DNA of 64,000 bases, taken from NCBI GenBank assembly GCA_017654855.1, contig CM030334.1:2790001-2854000 (forward strand), written 5' to 3'. The notes below the pieces were generated by a model, which worked only from the letters and a program-made list of their open reading frames with translations, did no database searches and had not been told where the DNA came from. Shown one piece after another: positions 37,106 through 50,515 of the stretch. This stretch comes from Podospora anserina. Taxonomy: Eukaryota. Position numbers and translations under genes: made by a program. Positions within the stretch are counted from its first letter, which is position 1. The number at the start of each line of letters is the position of its first letter.

Positions 37106-37803
37106 GTTGTCTGTGTGTCGTCCAAGTATAGTCCTGTAATCAAAATGTGGTCATGCGGTCATCAAAAAAGAACATGGCGGGGAAATGTTTAAATAGGCGT
37201 ATGGAAGGGAAGCTGAGAGGAAGCTTGGGGAAGTGCTCGGAACTGTAATCGTAAAAGCAGCCAGGTGGTCTCAAAACTGCGCCAACTGCCGGTGGCATGG
37301 ACAATTCCACCCCGAAAAGAAGCCCATGATGGAGGAACTCTCACATCTCTCGTCGGGTCCAAGCGGTCTCAAAGACAGTTTGTTCTTACCTTTTGCCCAT
37401 TGGCCATGAGGCGATTTCCGAGGCTCTCTGCGAAACTGCAGAGAGAAGAAACAAAGGGAAAGTTCTTCACCATCGGCGGGAAACTTTTTTATGTTTCAAC
37501 CCACCACTTCCCTAATCAGCTTAGCCCCTCTGTGGACACCACCAGGTCCCAGGCTTCTGCTTGCCCCACCTTCAGCCAATGAGGAGGAAGTGGCCCAAGC
37601 TCTCTCTCTTGCTGCGGCAGGCTGTCGGTGCTGGGCCTGTCGAACGCGCAACTTCACCGTGCCTGGGGGAGCTTTGGACGACCGACATCAGCAGCCTTGC
37701 AACGCCAACTTGGGAACCACATTCGAAGACGATCTCCCTCGCAACGACCACGCACCAGCCTCTACTACCCAACCCCATTCCATAGTCTCTCCAAGCCGGC
37801 ACC

Positions 37804-38960
37804 ATGGCGGACAGATACTCCTTCTCTCTGACAACATTCTCTCCCAGGTAAGTTGGGTTGCTTGGCTGCCGGAAGCTCTGAACATGGGACATCGCTGACA
37901 TTGCAATAGCGGCAAGCTGGTACAGATCGGTTCGTCACCCACTGGGTCCTGTCTTGCGACAAGAAGGTCATAATCTACAAAGACGAACAGCCATTTCTAA
38001 CACATCCTAGAATATGCCCTCAACGCCGTCAACCAAGGTGTAACAGCCCTAGGCATCAAGGGTGAGCTCCTGCCCCTCCCCGCCATTACCAACGCCCACC
38101 GTCGACAAACATCCCACCATCCTCCGTCATATCGTACACCATATTGAAACCTATAACTGACATATGCTACTTCTTTACAGCCACGAACGGCATCGTCCTC
38201 GCTACAGAAAAGAAATCCTCCTCCCCCCTCGCCGACCCCTCGTCCCTCTCCAAAATCAGCCTCATCACCCCCAACATCGGCATGGTCTACTCGGGCATGG
38301 GCCCCGACTACCGAGTCCTCGTCGACCGCGCCCGCAAAGTCTCCCACACGGGCTATAAGCGCATCTACAATGAATACCCTCCCACCCGCATCCTAGTCCA
38401 AGACGTCGCCCGCGTCATGCAAGAAGCCACACAATCCGGTGGTGTCCGTCCCTACGGTGTCTCTCTCCTCATTGCCGGTTGGGATGAGGGTATCCTCCCA
38501 GAGGAGGAGATTGAGGCGAAGGAGGGCGAGGAGGGCAAGAAGCTGAGCGGGAAGACGGGTGGTATCTTGAAGGGCGGGCCGATGTTGTATCAGGTCGATC
38601 CCTCGGGGAGTTACTTTCCCTGGAAGGCGACGGCGATTGGGAAGAGTGCGACGACGGCGAAGACATTTTTGGAGAAGAGGTACACGGAGGGGTTGGAGCT
38701 GGAGGATGCGGTGCATATTGCGCTTTTGACGTTGAAGGAGACGATTGAGGGGGAGATGAATGGGGAGACTATTGAGATTGGTGGGTTTTGTTGCTGTTGT
38801 TATGCTGCATCAAGAGTATTTACTGACATTTGCGACAATAGGTATCGTCGGACCCCCAGCAGACCACCTCCTCGGCGTCGAGGGCGTCGAAGGGGCGGTG
38901 GGACCCCGCTTCCGGAAGCTCACCCCCCAGGAGATTGAGGATTATCTCACGAATCTATGA
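37804..38960 (+). CDS. PRE8: 20S proteasome subunit alpha-2; 5 exons including a 20-nt micro-exon (37910-37929)
   Basis: [80 protein letters not shown]. Confidence 0.96.
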
Positions 38961-39151
38961 TTTGGGGGATAGTTTTGTGTGTTGTTTTTTCTCTCTTGAC
39001 GACGATGAATGATATGAGAGCGCGTTCTTCTCGAGGTGTTTCTCTGCGGGGCATGTTTGTACACTAGACAGGACAAGGAAGAAAAGAAGGAACAATACAA
39101 GCCATAGAACAGCTGTCATGTGATTCACTTTCACTACTAACATTGGTGATG

Positions 39152-40205
39152 TCAAGGCTGGACAACAACAAATGAATTTCTTTCTCCCGCCCAAACACCC
39201 TTTATTTTCTTCTTGTCGTGATCAAACTCCCCCTTTAGTCTTGTCCATTCTGTGACTAGTTTTGTTTCTCTGCCTAAACCGAGTTGGCCAGAGGAGTTGT
39301 CTCCCCGTCCCCAGATTTCGTCGTCGGTGGTTAGGACTAGGACGTGTGACTGGCCGACTGCTACGTCTTTGATATCTTTTTCGCTGTCGTCGCCTATTAC
39401 GACGGGTTCGGGAGAGTCGGGGATGTCAGGGTACCAGGTTGAGCAGCGGCTTGGGTGGCCCCAGAGGTAGAGGTCGTGGCCGGCTGTTAGGGCTGCTACC
39501 AAGTAGCCTGAGGGAGAGGAGGAGAGTTTCGTTACTGGGCCTGTGGGGAGGGAGGAGAGGTCGGGGATGGGATGGGGGTGATGGGGGGGTTGGGAGGGGG
39601 AACAAGGGCGGGAGAGGAGGGGGGGGTAGCGGGGGTCGCCCCAGGAGAGGACGTGGGATTCTGGGGGGGGGGAAAGGGCGAGGAAACCGGTTGCGTAGGG
39701 GGTTATTTGGGAAAGGTGAAGGGTGAGGTAGGAGATGGGTTGGGAGGAGGGGGAGAGGAGGGTGGTGAGGGAGGGGTATTGGAGGGGTGGGGGTTTGTTG
39801 GGTGGTTTGGTACTGGTGTTTGTTAGAACTGGAGTGGAGGGGAAGGGGAAGGGGATAGTACAGACCTACTACTATGTCGTTGGAGGCTTCGGCGAAGTGG
39901 TGGTAGTGGTCTGGGTGCGAGGTTGAGAGTTGTTGGTGGAGTTTTGGGACCAGGCCGGCTGTGTAGGTTGGTGAGAAGGGGGTGGTGGTTGTGTAGACTG
40001 GAGTGGTTAGTTGGGTGTGGGTGTTCAAGGGGCTGGGTTTGGGAGGCTTACCTTGGGTATATGATGGAAATGGACGGATATAGTCTATGTCCTTGTCCTC
40101 GAGAAGGCAAGTGAAAGTGAAGATGTCGTCTGGTTGTTGGTCTTTTTTGGTGGTGTCAAAGTCTAATTGGCTCCAGGCGTTGAGGCCTGCTGCATAGAGT
40201 GACAT
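39152..40205 (-). CDS. RCC1/BLIP-II repeat protein; second intron boundary ambiguous
   Basis: MSLYAAGLNAWSQL, TGFLAL...SWGDPRY, AALTAGHDLYLWG, DVAVGQSHVLVLT..EIWGRGDNSSGQLG, VWAGERNSF. Confidence 0.75.
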
Positions 40206-40927
40206 GGTAACTATGATGTTTGGAACTTTTATGTGTGATAACTGCTGGCCTGTATAAAAAACCATTCAACGGCAAGAAACAACCTGGAATGCTTGCCTTG
40301 TGCAAGGTAACTTACTTGTACCTGCCCATCCAGTTGGTGTAAGCAGACCAATGAGGAAGGCGTGCATCCACTAAACCTCGTGATCCCCACCTTATGCAGA
40401 CTTGCCAAGCAGCTGCAGCCTCACTTCAGCATTGCCGGCAGTAGGCCTCATCGACACTCGTTTTTGCTTGATTTCAAGTATATATATAAAAGGATCCCAA
40501 TTTGATTTCCCGACGCGGGATGGACCTCCTGTTCTGACGACACTCTGGTCTCGACATCACTGCTCCATCTGCCCTGTCCAGCCAACTGACCATGCTCAGC
40601 GAGGTCACAACTGGTCGGTCATCATTCACTCAAGATATATGAATGGGCAGGATCCAAGCGGTATGTTCTCACCAGTGCATTGCTGCGTGGGCCTCCACAC
40701 ATCAGTACTACCACCCTTTGACCTTAGTGAGGCCTGCGGTGGCTTACCCACACTCCAGTTTGTTTCGTCCCAACCTGTTCCGCCGCTGCTTTGGAAGATG
40801 GGGACGAAAAGGCCATAGAAATTTCTTCTTTGCTTTAAAAGGCTATCAGAGTTTTTTACTTCCGCCACTTTGCTCGGAAGACTATTCACGCCACAAGTCC
40901 TTTTTCTGTTTACGCTCAACGCCGGCT

Positions 40928-43900
40928 ATGGAGTCAAAGGATACTAGGAATACGATGGCAGATGAGCCCAAGGCATCCTCTTCTGATGAAGATGGACTTC
41001 AGGGGGTGGAAGAGGCCCTGCAGGCGGAGGCATTGGCAGAGAATGTCTACCAAGTGTCCTCGGACACTGAAGACACAAGTGGAACTGAGACGCCCCCTGA
41101 AGTCAAAACCTCTCCTGAGGTGATCATGACTGCGAGAGCATACCAAGTCGAAATGTTTCAGGAGAGTCTACAGCGGAACATCATCGTTGCAGTAAGATAC
41201 CTCAGAATGTGATGGTTATGGGTGAAACTGACGCGGATATACCTACAGATGGACACAGGAAGCGGAAAAACTCAAGTGTGAGTTGAGCTTCGTGATTCAG
41301 TTTTGCGGAAATTGCTGACTTTTTACGTAGGGCGATACTTCGAATTCAGGAAGAGCTCGGAAGGAGCCCCAAGGTAGGTTGTTCACGAAGCCGATAATGT
41401 GGTCGAATAAAACTGACGAGATGTTTAGCTTATCTGGTTCCTTGCTCCTACCGTTCAGCTTGCCGCCCAACAGTTTGAGGTCATCGAAAAACAGATACCA
41501 GGAGTTCAGTCAAGGTTCATCTGCGGCGCGGACAATGTTCAAGCCTGGAAGTATAAGACCGGTGTTTGGCAGGCGGTCCTCACCAATGTCCGGATCGTTG
41601 TGTCTACGTACCAGATCTTGTTTGATGCTGCCGTAGCACACGCTTTTGTGCCCTTGGAATCTATTAGTCTTCTCGTCATCGATGAAGGTGAGTTTTCCTT
41701 GTCCATTTCGTTAACCATGGTTCAAGACTGATAAGGTGCAGCCCATAACTGTGTCGGCATGAATCCTGTGGCTAGACTCATGAGAGAGTCGTACGCCAAG
41801 CTGAAGCAGGAGGGGAAACCCGTCCCTCACATTCTGGGTCTCACGGCTAGCCCTTTGATGAGGTCCAATCTCGCTGGTATAGAAACACTCGAGCAGACCC
41901 TTGATGCAATCTGCAGGACGCCCTGTAGGCACCGCGACGAGCTTATGGCTCAGGTGAACCGCCCAGAGATGAAAGCATTCATATACGGAGACCTTCCTGA
42001 ACCTCAAAATGCCACCCCATCGTCTTCAAACATGACCAGGCTCATCGACACCTTACGACAGATGGATATTACGGCCGATCCTCACATCATACGACTCCGT
42101 GAGGAGAACACGGAGCGTAGTCGCGAGGCTCTGAAAAGCGCCATCATGTCTCGCAATACTCAGTCACAGAAGCAGATGAAGGCGCTGTTTGCAAGAGCAA
42201 GAGAGATGATGATGAACCTAGGACCGTGGGCGGCGGAATATTACATCAACAGAGTTGTCACTGAGTTTCTCAAAGTTGGCAGTCCACCCGCCCCATCGGT
42301 TCACAACCTTTGGGATGAGGAAAAGGCCTATCTGTCGGCTACACTTCAGGGTATTAAACCTGAAGCACCGCCGAGCGTTCCAGATAACCTCTCCCGCAAA
42401 GTTCAAGCCTTGCTACAAATTCTCGCCTCCCATAAAGGCAACCCCGTGGGAATCGTTTTCGTCACGGAGAGGGCAACCACTTCGGTCCTTTCGCATGTTC
42501 TCTCGGTACATCCCGTTCTCGAGTCTCGCTACTCCGTGGAGTCTATGGTTGGCACATCAAAACTTCCTGGGGGCAAGCACAGTTTTCTCGATCTCACCAC
42601 GAAAGAGGACATTGAGTCTCTGCACCGGTTCAGAAAGGGCAAGGTCAACTTGCTGGTGGCTACAAGCGTTCTCGAGGAAGGCATCGATGTACCCGTGTGC
42701 AACTTGGTCATCTGCTTTGACAAGCCCAGCAACCTCAAGTCGTTCATCCAGAGACGAGGGAGGGCTCGTATGAACGAGTCGGAACTCTGGGTTCTTTTCA
42801 AAGATGATCAGGACCAGTCTCTGGAGGAGTGGAAGGAGCTCGAGCAGGAGATGAAGCGCAAATACGAAGACGAATTACGGGAAATAGCAGGGCTTGAGCA
42901 GATGGAACAATCCGAGGCGGACGATTATCCCAAGATGACAGACCCAACAACAGGGGCACAGATGACCATCCACGACGCAAAGCAACATCTCGATCATTTC
43001 TGCTCAACCTTGTCCACCAGGAAGTTTGTCAACTGGGCGCCGTTTTACATTATCCACGATCTGGAGGGAAACCCCATCGACGCTCGCAAACCCGGCCTTC
43101 GGGCCGCCACTGTGAACTTGCCCGTCTCACTGTCCCCGAGTTTGCGTCGTGCAGAAAGCCTGCGGGCCTGGCCCTCGGAGGCTTTTGCTTGCAAAGACGC
43201 CGCTTTCCAGGCTTACAAGAAGCTCTACGAGGCGGGTTTGATCGACAAGAACATGCTGCCTGCCAGAACGACGCCTGGCTTGGTGGAAGTTGGAAAAACG
43301 GAGGGGATCACCACTGTTGAGGTGCAATATAATCCTTGGCTGGAGGTATCAAAGGCTTGGGAGAGCAGCACTAAGCTGTACAGTCGGCGTGTGACAATAT
43401 CCAGCGAGGACGGCACACATTGGGCACAACTGGACCTTTCGCTTCCAATCCCCGTTCCTTTGATAAGAGATCAAGTCATTCATTCGGAGCGCAAAACATC
43501 TTGGACTATATCCATGGGGGCTGCTCATGAGAGAAAGTATGACAAGGACAATCGAGATCACACTTATGGTTTGCTCGCGATGGCCTACGGACATCGGTTT
43601 CCGATAGAGAAGAAACAATATCCCATCCGTCTTCTCTCGCCAGAGGAGGAGATTACTATTGACCGCATGGCCGCATTGGAATTCAACCGCGACTCTCTCG
43701 CCAACTGTTCTCAGTCTTACCTCATCCGGGATGTTGACAGCGCCAACCACCCCTATTTCTTTAGGGAGTGGTTTCCGAAGAAGCCTCCCATGAACATGAT
43801 CAAGTCCGTGTTTAAGGGGTTCGAGGAGGCCCCAGAGGACGTCCCTTATGTGTCTGTGCAGGCGTTCCCCAAGAGGGCAGGTCAATTCCGCAAGTTACCC

Positions 43901-45660
43901 GATGCTTTCATTCACCAGCTACCCAGCGGGAAGCCTTACCCGCGAGTGATTCCTGCGAGCCAGGTCAAAGTCGACAAGATCCCAACTGTGTTTGCCCATG
44001 TCGGTCTGATGCTTCCCGCTCTTACGGCTGCAGTGGGTGACTATCTTGTTGCCAGAGACCTGCTGGATGGGTCGCTGCAAACGACCGGGATCACGGGTCT
44101 GGATCTGGTGGTCACGGCCATCACAGCATCGGGGGCGAGGAGGTCAATCGACTATGAAAGAATTGAGTTTCTGGGAGATTCCATTCTCAAGTTTTGCACA
44201 ACTATCAACTGCTCGGCACAGTGTAAGTTTACTTGCCGCTTTGATTTCTAGAACAGTGGCTGACCGCGGTTCAAGACCTCCACTTCCCAGAAGGCTTCCT
44301 CTCGGCGAGCAAAGACAAGATCGTCTCCAACTACCGTCTCTGCAAAGCTGCCATAGATTTCGGACTCGCCCGCTACATCATCAACACTGCCTACACGACA
44401 GACAAGTGGCGGCCCGTGTTTGTGGAAGATTACCTCGAGCGCACCGACAACCCTTCTTCCGATGGACCGAAAACCAGGGAGATGTCGACCAAAACCCTCG
44501 CCGATGTGGTAGAAGCCTTGATCGGTGCCTCCCACATCAGCGGCGGTATCAACAAAGCCCTCGCTTGTATTTCTCTGTTTCTCCCCGAGGCCAAATGGCA
44601 GAGCATCGACCACGGCCGCCAGGTCCTCTACGACGAAGCCCCCGACGACGAGCCCCTCCCTCCTAACATGCACCTTCTGGAGAAACTGATCGGGTATACT
44701 TTCAAGAAAAAGTCCCTCCTCATCGAGGCAATGACCCATCCCTCTTTCAACGTGCAAGATACCCGCGCCTCCCTCGACAGGCTAGAATTTCTTGGCGACG
44801 CGATACTAGACTACCTCGTTGTCGAATCCCTCTTCTCCCTCCGCGAACCACTGACCGGTCTCCCCCTCGAAAACTCCAAGCTCCACCTTTTACGCACCGC
44901 CCTTGTCAACGCCGACATTTTGGGGTTTTTGGTGATGGAGTGGGCCATCGAAGAGGAAAGATACAACGCTGAAGTCATCCTCCCTGATCCCACTTCCAAC
45001 CCATACCTCTCCCCCTCACGACGAACTTCTAGTTCAAGCACTACCCCCCCAGAGATCAACCTCATCAGCACCACGGCCAAATTCCCGCTGTGGTCATTCC
45101 TGCGGTACACCTCGCCCGAAATGGGCGAGCACATCCTCTCTACCCAATCCCGGCATTCTTTTCTCCGCGACGAAATCCGTCACGCCCTTGACCGCGGCGA
45201 AAAATACCCCTGGCCCGCACTTACAAGACTCCAAGCACAAAAGTTTTATGGCGATGTTTTTGAGAGCTTGATGGGAGCTGTCTGGGTTGATAGTGGGGAT
45301 TTGGAAGAGTGCAGGGGGTTGATGGAACGAATTGGGATCATGGGGTTGATGGAGAGGTTGGTGAGGGAGGGGGTGCACTGTTTGCATCCGAAGGAGGAGT
45401 TGGGGCTTTTGGCGGCGGGAAGGGCGGTGGAGTATAGGGTTGAGGAGAACGAGGAAGGGCAGTGGGAGTGTGCTGTTGTTTGGGCGGAGACGGGGGAGGA
45501 GGTGGTTAGGGTTGGGGGTGCGAGGAAGGGGGAGGAGGCTAGGGTTAGGGGGGCTGATGCTGCGGTTGGGTTGTTGAAGGCGGAGAAGGAGGTAAGGGAA
45601 CAGGAGAAGAGGAGGGTGATGTTGGAGAACTTGGGAAAGGATGTGGTTGTTGATGCGTGA
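40928..45660 (+). CDS. dcl2: Dicer-like 2: DExH helicase, Dicer dimerisation domain, two RNase III domains; 6 exons
   Basis: ARAYQVEM, MDTGSGKT, IDEAH, LGLTASP, ATSVLEEGIDVP, IQRRGRAR, AKQHLDHFC, RNase III signatures ERIEFLGDS and DRLEFLGDA. No evident PAZ domain, typical of fungal DCL2. Confidence 0.93.
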
Positions 45661-48207
45661 GGGAGGGGTAGACTGGATGTCTCTAATGGGGATGATTCGG
45701 GCAGCGAGGCGGGGGGGTTGGTATCAGCGGGAATCTCTCTACATCTGTGTTTTTGATGTTTCTTTTTTGTTTCTCTGCTTGGATACTGCCTATTTCTTGT
45801 TTTGTTCTGCGTGTTTTTTCTCTCTTGGATGACGATTGCCGCAAAATATCTGTTTCATAGCGCTGGCTTGGATAAAGCGCGAGATACCCATAGAGCTCAT
45901 TGTTTGAATACCCTGCCAGCGTGCGGTATATTTTAAACAAATATACCTTGCGCTGGCCGGGTTTTTGAGGGGTTAGCTGTATGGATAGTTGTGTTTTTAC
46001 TGAGCAGCGCTAGACAGGTAGAGAGCTGATTTGGATATTGAGTGTGGGTTTGGAGGTTGGTTAGATTCAACATGTCCGGACATCTGGGATCACGAAGGAG
46101 GACTTGAATGAAATCGTCGTCTGGAGATATCTTTTGTTGAGTAGATTGCTTCAATTTTCCAATTTTCAGTAGGCTGATGAACTGTTATTCGGGTTGCAGT
46201 CGAGCTGTTGGTTAGAGTATCGATTCAACATGACGTGTAAGTCGGCATAAAGCTCAAAAAGCTGGCCTTGGCACGGGATACCCAACGGATATCACGGCAA
46301 TCTTCTTGACCACTTAGCCCATCCCGCAGCGAATGCAAGTCCAACTCCCAAACTTAGATACTTGCAAGGCAATATTCTACGGTCTTGGATGACGTTTACC
46401 CTACCTCGCTCGGGAAGTCCCATCATCAAAGACGTATGCACTATATCCGAACCGAACCGAACCATCATCCTATGATGTAGGTGAGCAACTAACTTAGCTT
46501 CCCCGAAAGGTGAGAGAGGTGAGCGATGATGATACGGCCCGCGCATCCGCTCGGCGGCAGCGCCCGCCTCTTCAATCAAGCTTTGTTGGAGGAGGATCAA
46601 AAAAACTGGGAAGAAAGCCGATTGCGTTATCGCTCAGGCCGGGGCCATGTGTTGTCTTGCTGCTAGCTATCCTCTCCAGAACGATGCATTGGACTAGAAA
46701 TCTTGGTCGCTAGACGAGTGTATGGTCGGAAGGATCACGACCATAAAGTTCCTGAACCTTGTTTGTCGACAATATATTGGGCCGTCCTGACCAGTGGGAA
46801 TCTCGCCGAGTTTCTACACCACCCGACCCTCTCATGCAAATGCGGGCGGGATCTTTTGGAGGGGTGGTGGAGGGGGCACAGTTTGGCAGGTGTTTCCGAC
46901 TCCCTGCCGAACGAAGTACTCTGACGACACAAGCTGGGATTGGCAGACCTTGGAGCTATTGCGTGGGGGTACAGCCAGGCTGCGCGGGGCTGGGGAGGAC
47001 TATTCTTGTTTGGGGATGGTGCATCTATGGCAACACGAACTTCAGGTTTGAAAAGCGGTTGGTTACACCAGTTGGGAGGTGGGTGTGATTGGTTGGTGTC
47101 GGGATGTTTCGAGCCGCGATTGCGTGGACTTTTCTTGGGGGGGGGGATTGAGGACTATTTGCATTGATGAGAGAAGAGCGATTGATAGACGTTGGTGATG
47201 AAGCTTGGCTAGAGATAGCTCACGATATATTTTTCTTGGTAGGTAAGCGTATCCCTGCAAATCCCGTTGGAGTTTGGTTTGACAGGGGGATCGAGATCTC
47301 GCCGGGGGGTTGCTGCAGCCGAACCATGGCAGACGACAAAACCAAAGCTCCACACGCGATATCGCGATATGGCAGGTGTGTATGTGTGTGTCTGTGGAAG
47401 AAAACAGAATCAGGTAACCCGTGTTGTTGGTGTTTGTGATAGCCCAGTTTGATGGGCCATGTTGCATCTGTCACACCTCCCAGTAGTCCTCATCATTATA
47501 GTCGTGTTGGTTTTATTATCTTTGACCCTTTTCCCGCCATGTTTTGTGTGTGTGTTCTCTCATCTCTTCCACCACACCACACTCTCCAGTCACTCGTTTT
47601 GACGATAAGGCCAGGAATTCTCAGCTGAGGATAAGGACGGGACCGCTTCCGGGGAGCACCTGAAGGCAAACGGAGACCCGGCGGTGAACACACAGCAGCT
47701 CTTGACGGATACAGGGCCACTCGCTTTTTATTCCTCTTATGATATCGATTCCGCCGGATTGGGTGACTTGGTAGGAAAGAAGGGAGCAACAACAGGAATA
47801 CGAATTAACCGCCACCAATTCGACAAAAAATACGAGCACACTCGTTCTTTCCCTTGAGGGTCCGTCCGACTTTGACCGTTTGATCAACCCACCACTCGCA
47901 CCTGCCCTCCCTCCCAGCACTGTGGTTCTGTGGTCTGCACGGGTGTGTGGTGTGTTTGCAACGGTCGCGCCTTCTCCCGTTCGTTTGCAGCTTTGAACCT
48001 CTTGTTCAAACCCGTTATCAGATCACCCCAAGCAACACCACAAAACACCCACCACCAAAAATAATTATTTTTTGTTTCGAGTATTATCTCTGCAGAGATA
48101 TCTCAAAAACAGGAATTTGACCAGTATCTTGTCGACATTGATTATTGCGAAACTTGGCAACAAAAATCTTATCCACCTCTTGGCGATCTCCTGACAAGCA
48201 CTGAAAA

Positions 48208-49719
48208 ATGAAGCTTTCTTGGCCTGCCGCGATTGCGGCGCTGGCCGTTGCCACAACCGTTGAAGCCATTGGCCCTATTTCTTCTGTCGGGAACAAGCTT
48301 TTTACTCCGGATGGGAAGCAGTTTTTTGTCAAGGGTATGTTTTTTTCCACATTCTGCTGATCAAATTGGACTTTTTGGCTAATTTTTGGGGGTTGGTTGT
48401 AGGCATTGCTTATCAGTTGTCGCCAGGTAAGATTTTGGCATTTGCGCGACTTGGACAATTTGCACAAGAATACGGCAGCTAACATCAAACCACAACAGAC
48501 GACCCCCTGATTGACACTGAGCAGTGCAAGCGCGATGTTGAGCTCATGAAGGAGTTGGGTCCCAACACCATTAGGGTCTACCATGTTGACGCGGACAAGA
48601 ACCACGACGGCTGCATGAAGGCTTTCAATGATGCTGGGATTACGGCTTTGATTGATTTGGATACGTTTGATACGTACATTGAGCCTGTACGAACTCTCCT
48701 CTGCCCTTCAGTTCATCAGACTTGAAATACTAACACCCGAGTAGGCCAAACCCGCCTGGACCAAACGGATGCACGACCGCTACGCCGAGGTCATGGACGC
48801 CTTCATCAAGTACGACAACGTCCTGGGCTTCTTCGTCGGCAACGAAATCATTTCCACCGAAGCCCACTCCCAGGCGGCCCCCTTCATCAAGGCGGCTGTT
48901 CGCGACATGAAAGCCCACCGTGACGCCAAAAACTACCGCGAGGTCCCCATCGGGTACTCGGCGGCTGACATTGCCGAGCTTCGCCCAATGCTCCAAGACT
49001 ATTTGACATGCGGCGGAAACTCGTCCGAGAATGTCGACTTCTTCGCGTTGAATAGCTACGAGTGGTGCGACCCTTCCACCTACGAGACTTCTGGCTACGA
49101 GAACTTGCAGAAGCAGGCCAAGGACTTCCCGGTGCCCATCTTTTTTAGTGAGACGGGGTGCAACGTTCCCGGCCCGAGGCTGTTTGACGACCAGCTTGCC
49201 ATTTTTGGGCCAAAGATGAGGAATGATTGGTCGGGCGCGATTGTTTATGAGTGGATTCAGGAGGAGAATAGGTATGGGTTGATTCAGTATGAGAATCCGA
49301 CCAAGGAGGAGGATGTGGTGAATGGTGTGGTGAGGAGTGGGACGCCGAAGCCGGTGCAGCCTGATTTTGACAATTTGAAGGAGAAGTGGGAGCAGGTTGG
49401 GCAGCCGACGGGGGTGGTGAAGGACAGTTATGATGCTAAGCATGTCTCGGTCAGGCCTTGCCCGGAGGCGACGCAGGGGGGGTGGTTGGTGAAGGGGAAT
49501 GTCAAGTTGCCGGCGGTGGGTGAGACGTTTACGGGGACGTATGAGAGTGTGCCTAGTGCTACTGTTGCTCCTACGACTGCTGGAGGGGATGAGGGGACGG
49601 GCACAGCTGCCAATCCGGCCAGTGAGACGCAGAATCCCGCTGCGCCGACCAAGGTTGTGTTTAGGGGGATGGTGGCGGGGTTGGTGGGAGTGATGTTGTT
49701 TTTTACGGTGTGGTTTTAG
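48208..49719 (+). CDS. GH72 beta-1,3-glucanosyltransferase (Gas/Gel), GPI-anchored, lacking the X8 domain; 4 exons
   Basis: Signal peptide; [20 protein letters not shown]; catalytic FFVGNE and FFSETGC; C-terminal hydrophobic GPI signal. Confidence 0.94.
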
Positions 49720-50515
49720 ACAGAGGGGGGTGGTGTTTACTTCTTTCTTCTTCTTTTACTGTTCTTACAAGAAAAGTTGGTGGCTTTAAACTGGGTATGT
49801 ATCTCAAAGCATGGGGCATATGGTTGTCATGGTACTAGGTCGGGCATTGGGCTGGGGAAAATGGTTGGGCGGACGGGAGAGGGTGAAAGGGAGGCGTTTG
49901 AGGGTTTGTGATATACTTTTTTTTAACACTTCTAGTGTGAAGGCATGATGAGATGTGGGTGTATCCTTGCATGCATGGGCTTTTTTTTCTTCATTGTTTT
50001 ATTTTATTTTTTATGAGATAGTGTTGGGTTAATGAGGGAATTGGGGTTTCCGAGATGACTGAATTGATGTGGGATACACGAGGAAGGTTTGTGATCATGG
50101 CGGGTCGTCGTCGGGAACAAGCATAATGTTAATGTCGAGATGTGGGTGATATGAAGATGATGGACAGGTTACATGTTGTACATATTAGAGAATACACAGC
50201 AGGAAGGGGGGTACGTGAGATCCCGTTGTAGTACTTAATCTACTTTCGATTTGTGTGTGAGATTCAAATAAAATTGAGGGTGTTCCCAGTAAATTTTAGA
50301 GGTGGACGGGTTGTGGCATGGTAAGGGGTTGTTGTTGTTGTTGGGTGATGGAGGAGAGACGTTGTCCAAGGAAAAGATGGGATGATGGTGGTGTGAGGTT
50401 TGTGGGTTTTGTCATACGGGATCAAACGGGCTAGGCTTGAGGTAGCGATGGTTGAGAGGCTGTTGTTACTACACCGTCACGCTTGTCTTTGGTGTATCGG
50501 TAGCTAACTACCTAA

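Noticed and set aside
9571-45660. RNAi gene cluster (Stc1-domain gene plus dcl2)
   Set aside because: About 30 kb apart with roughly ten unrelated genes between; no Argonaute or RdRP in the window.
45900-47500. Short ORFs between dcl2 and the GH72 gene
   Set aside because: No recognisable domain, codon bias or consistent splice model.
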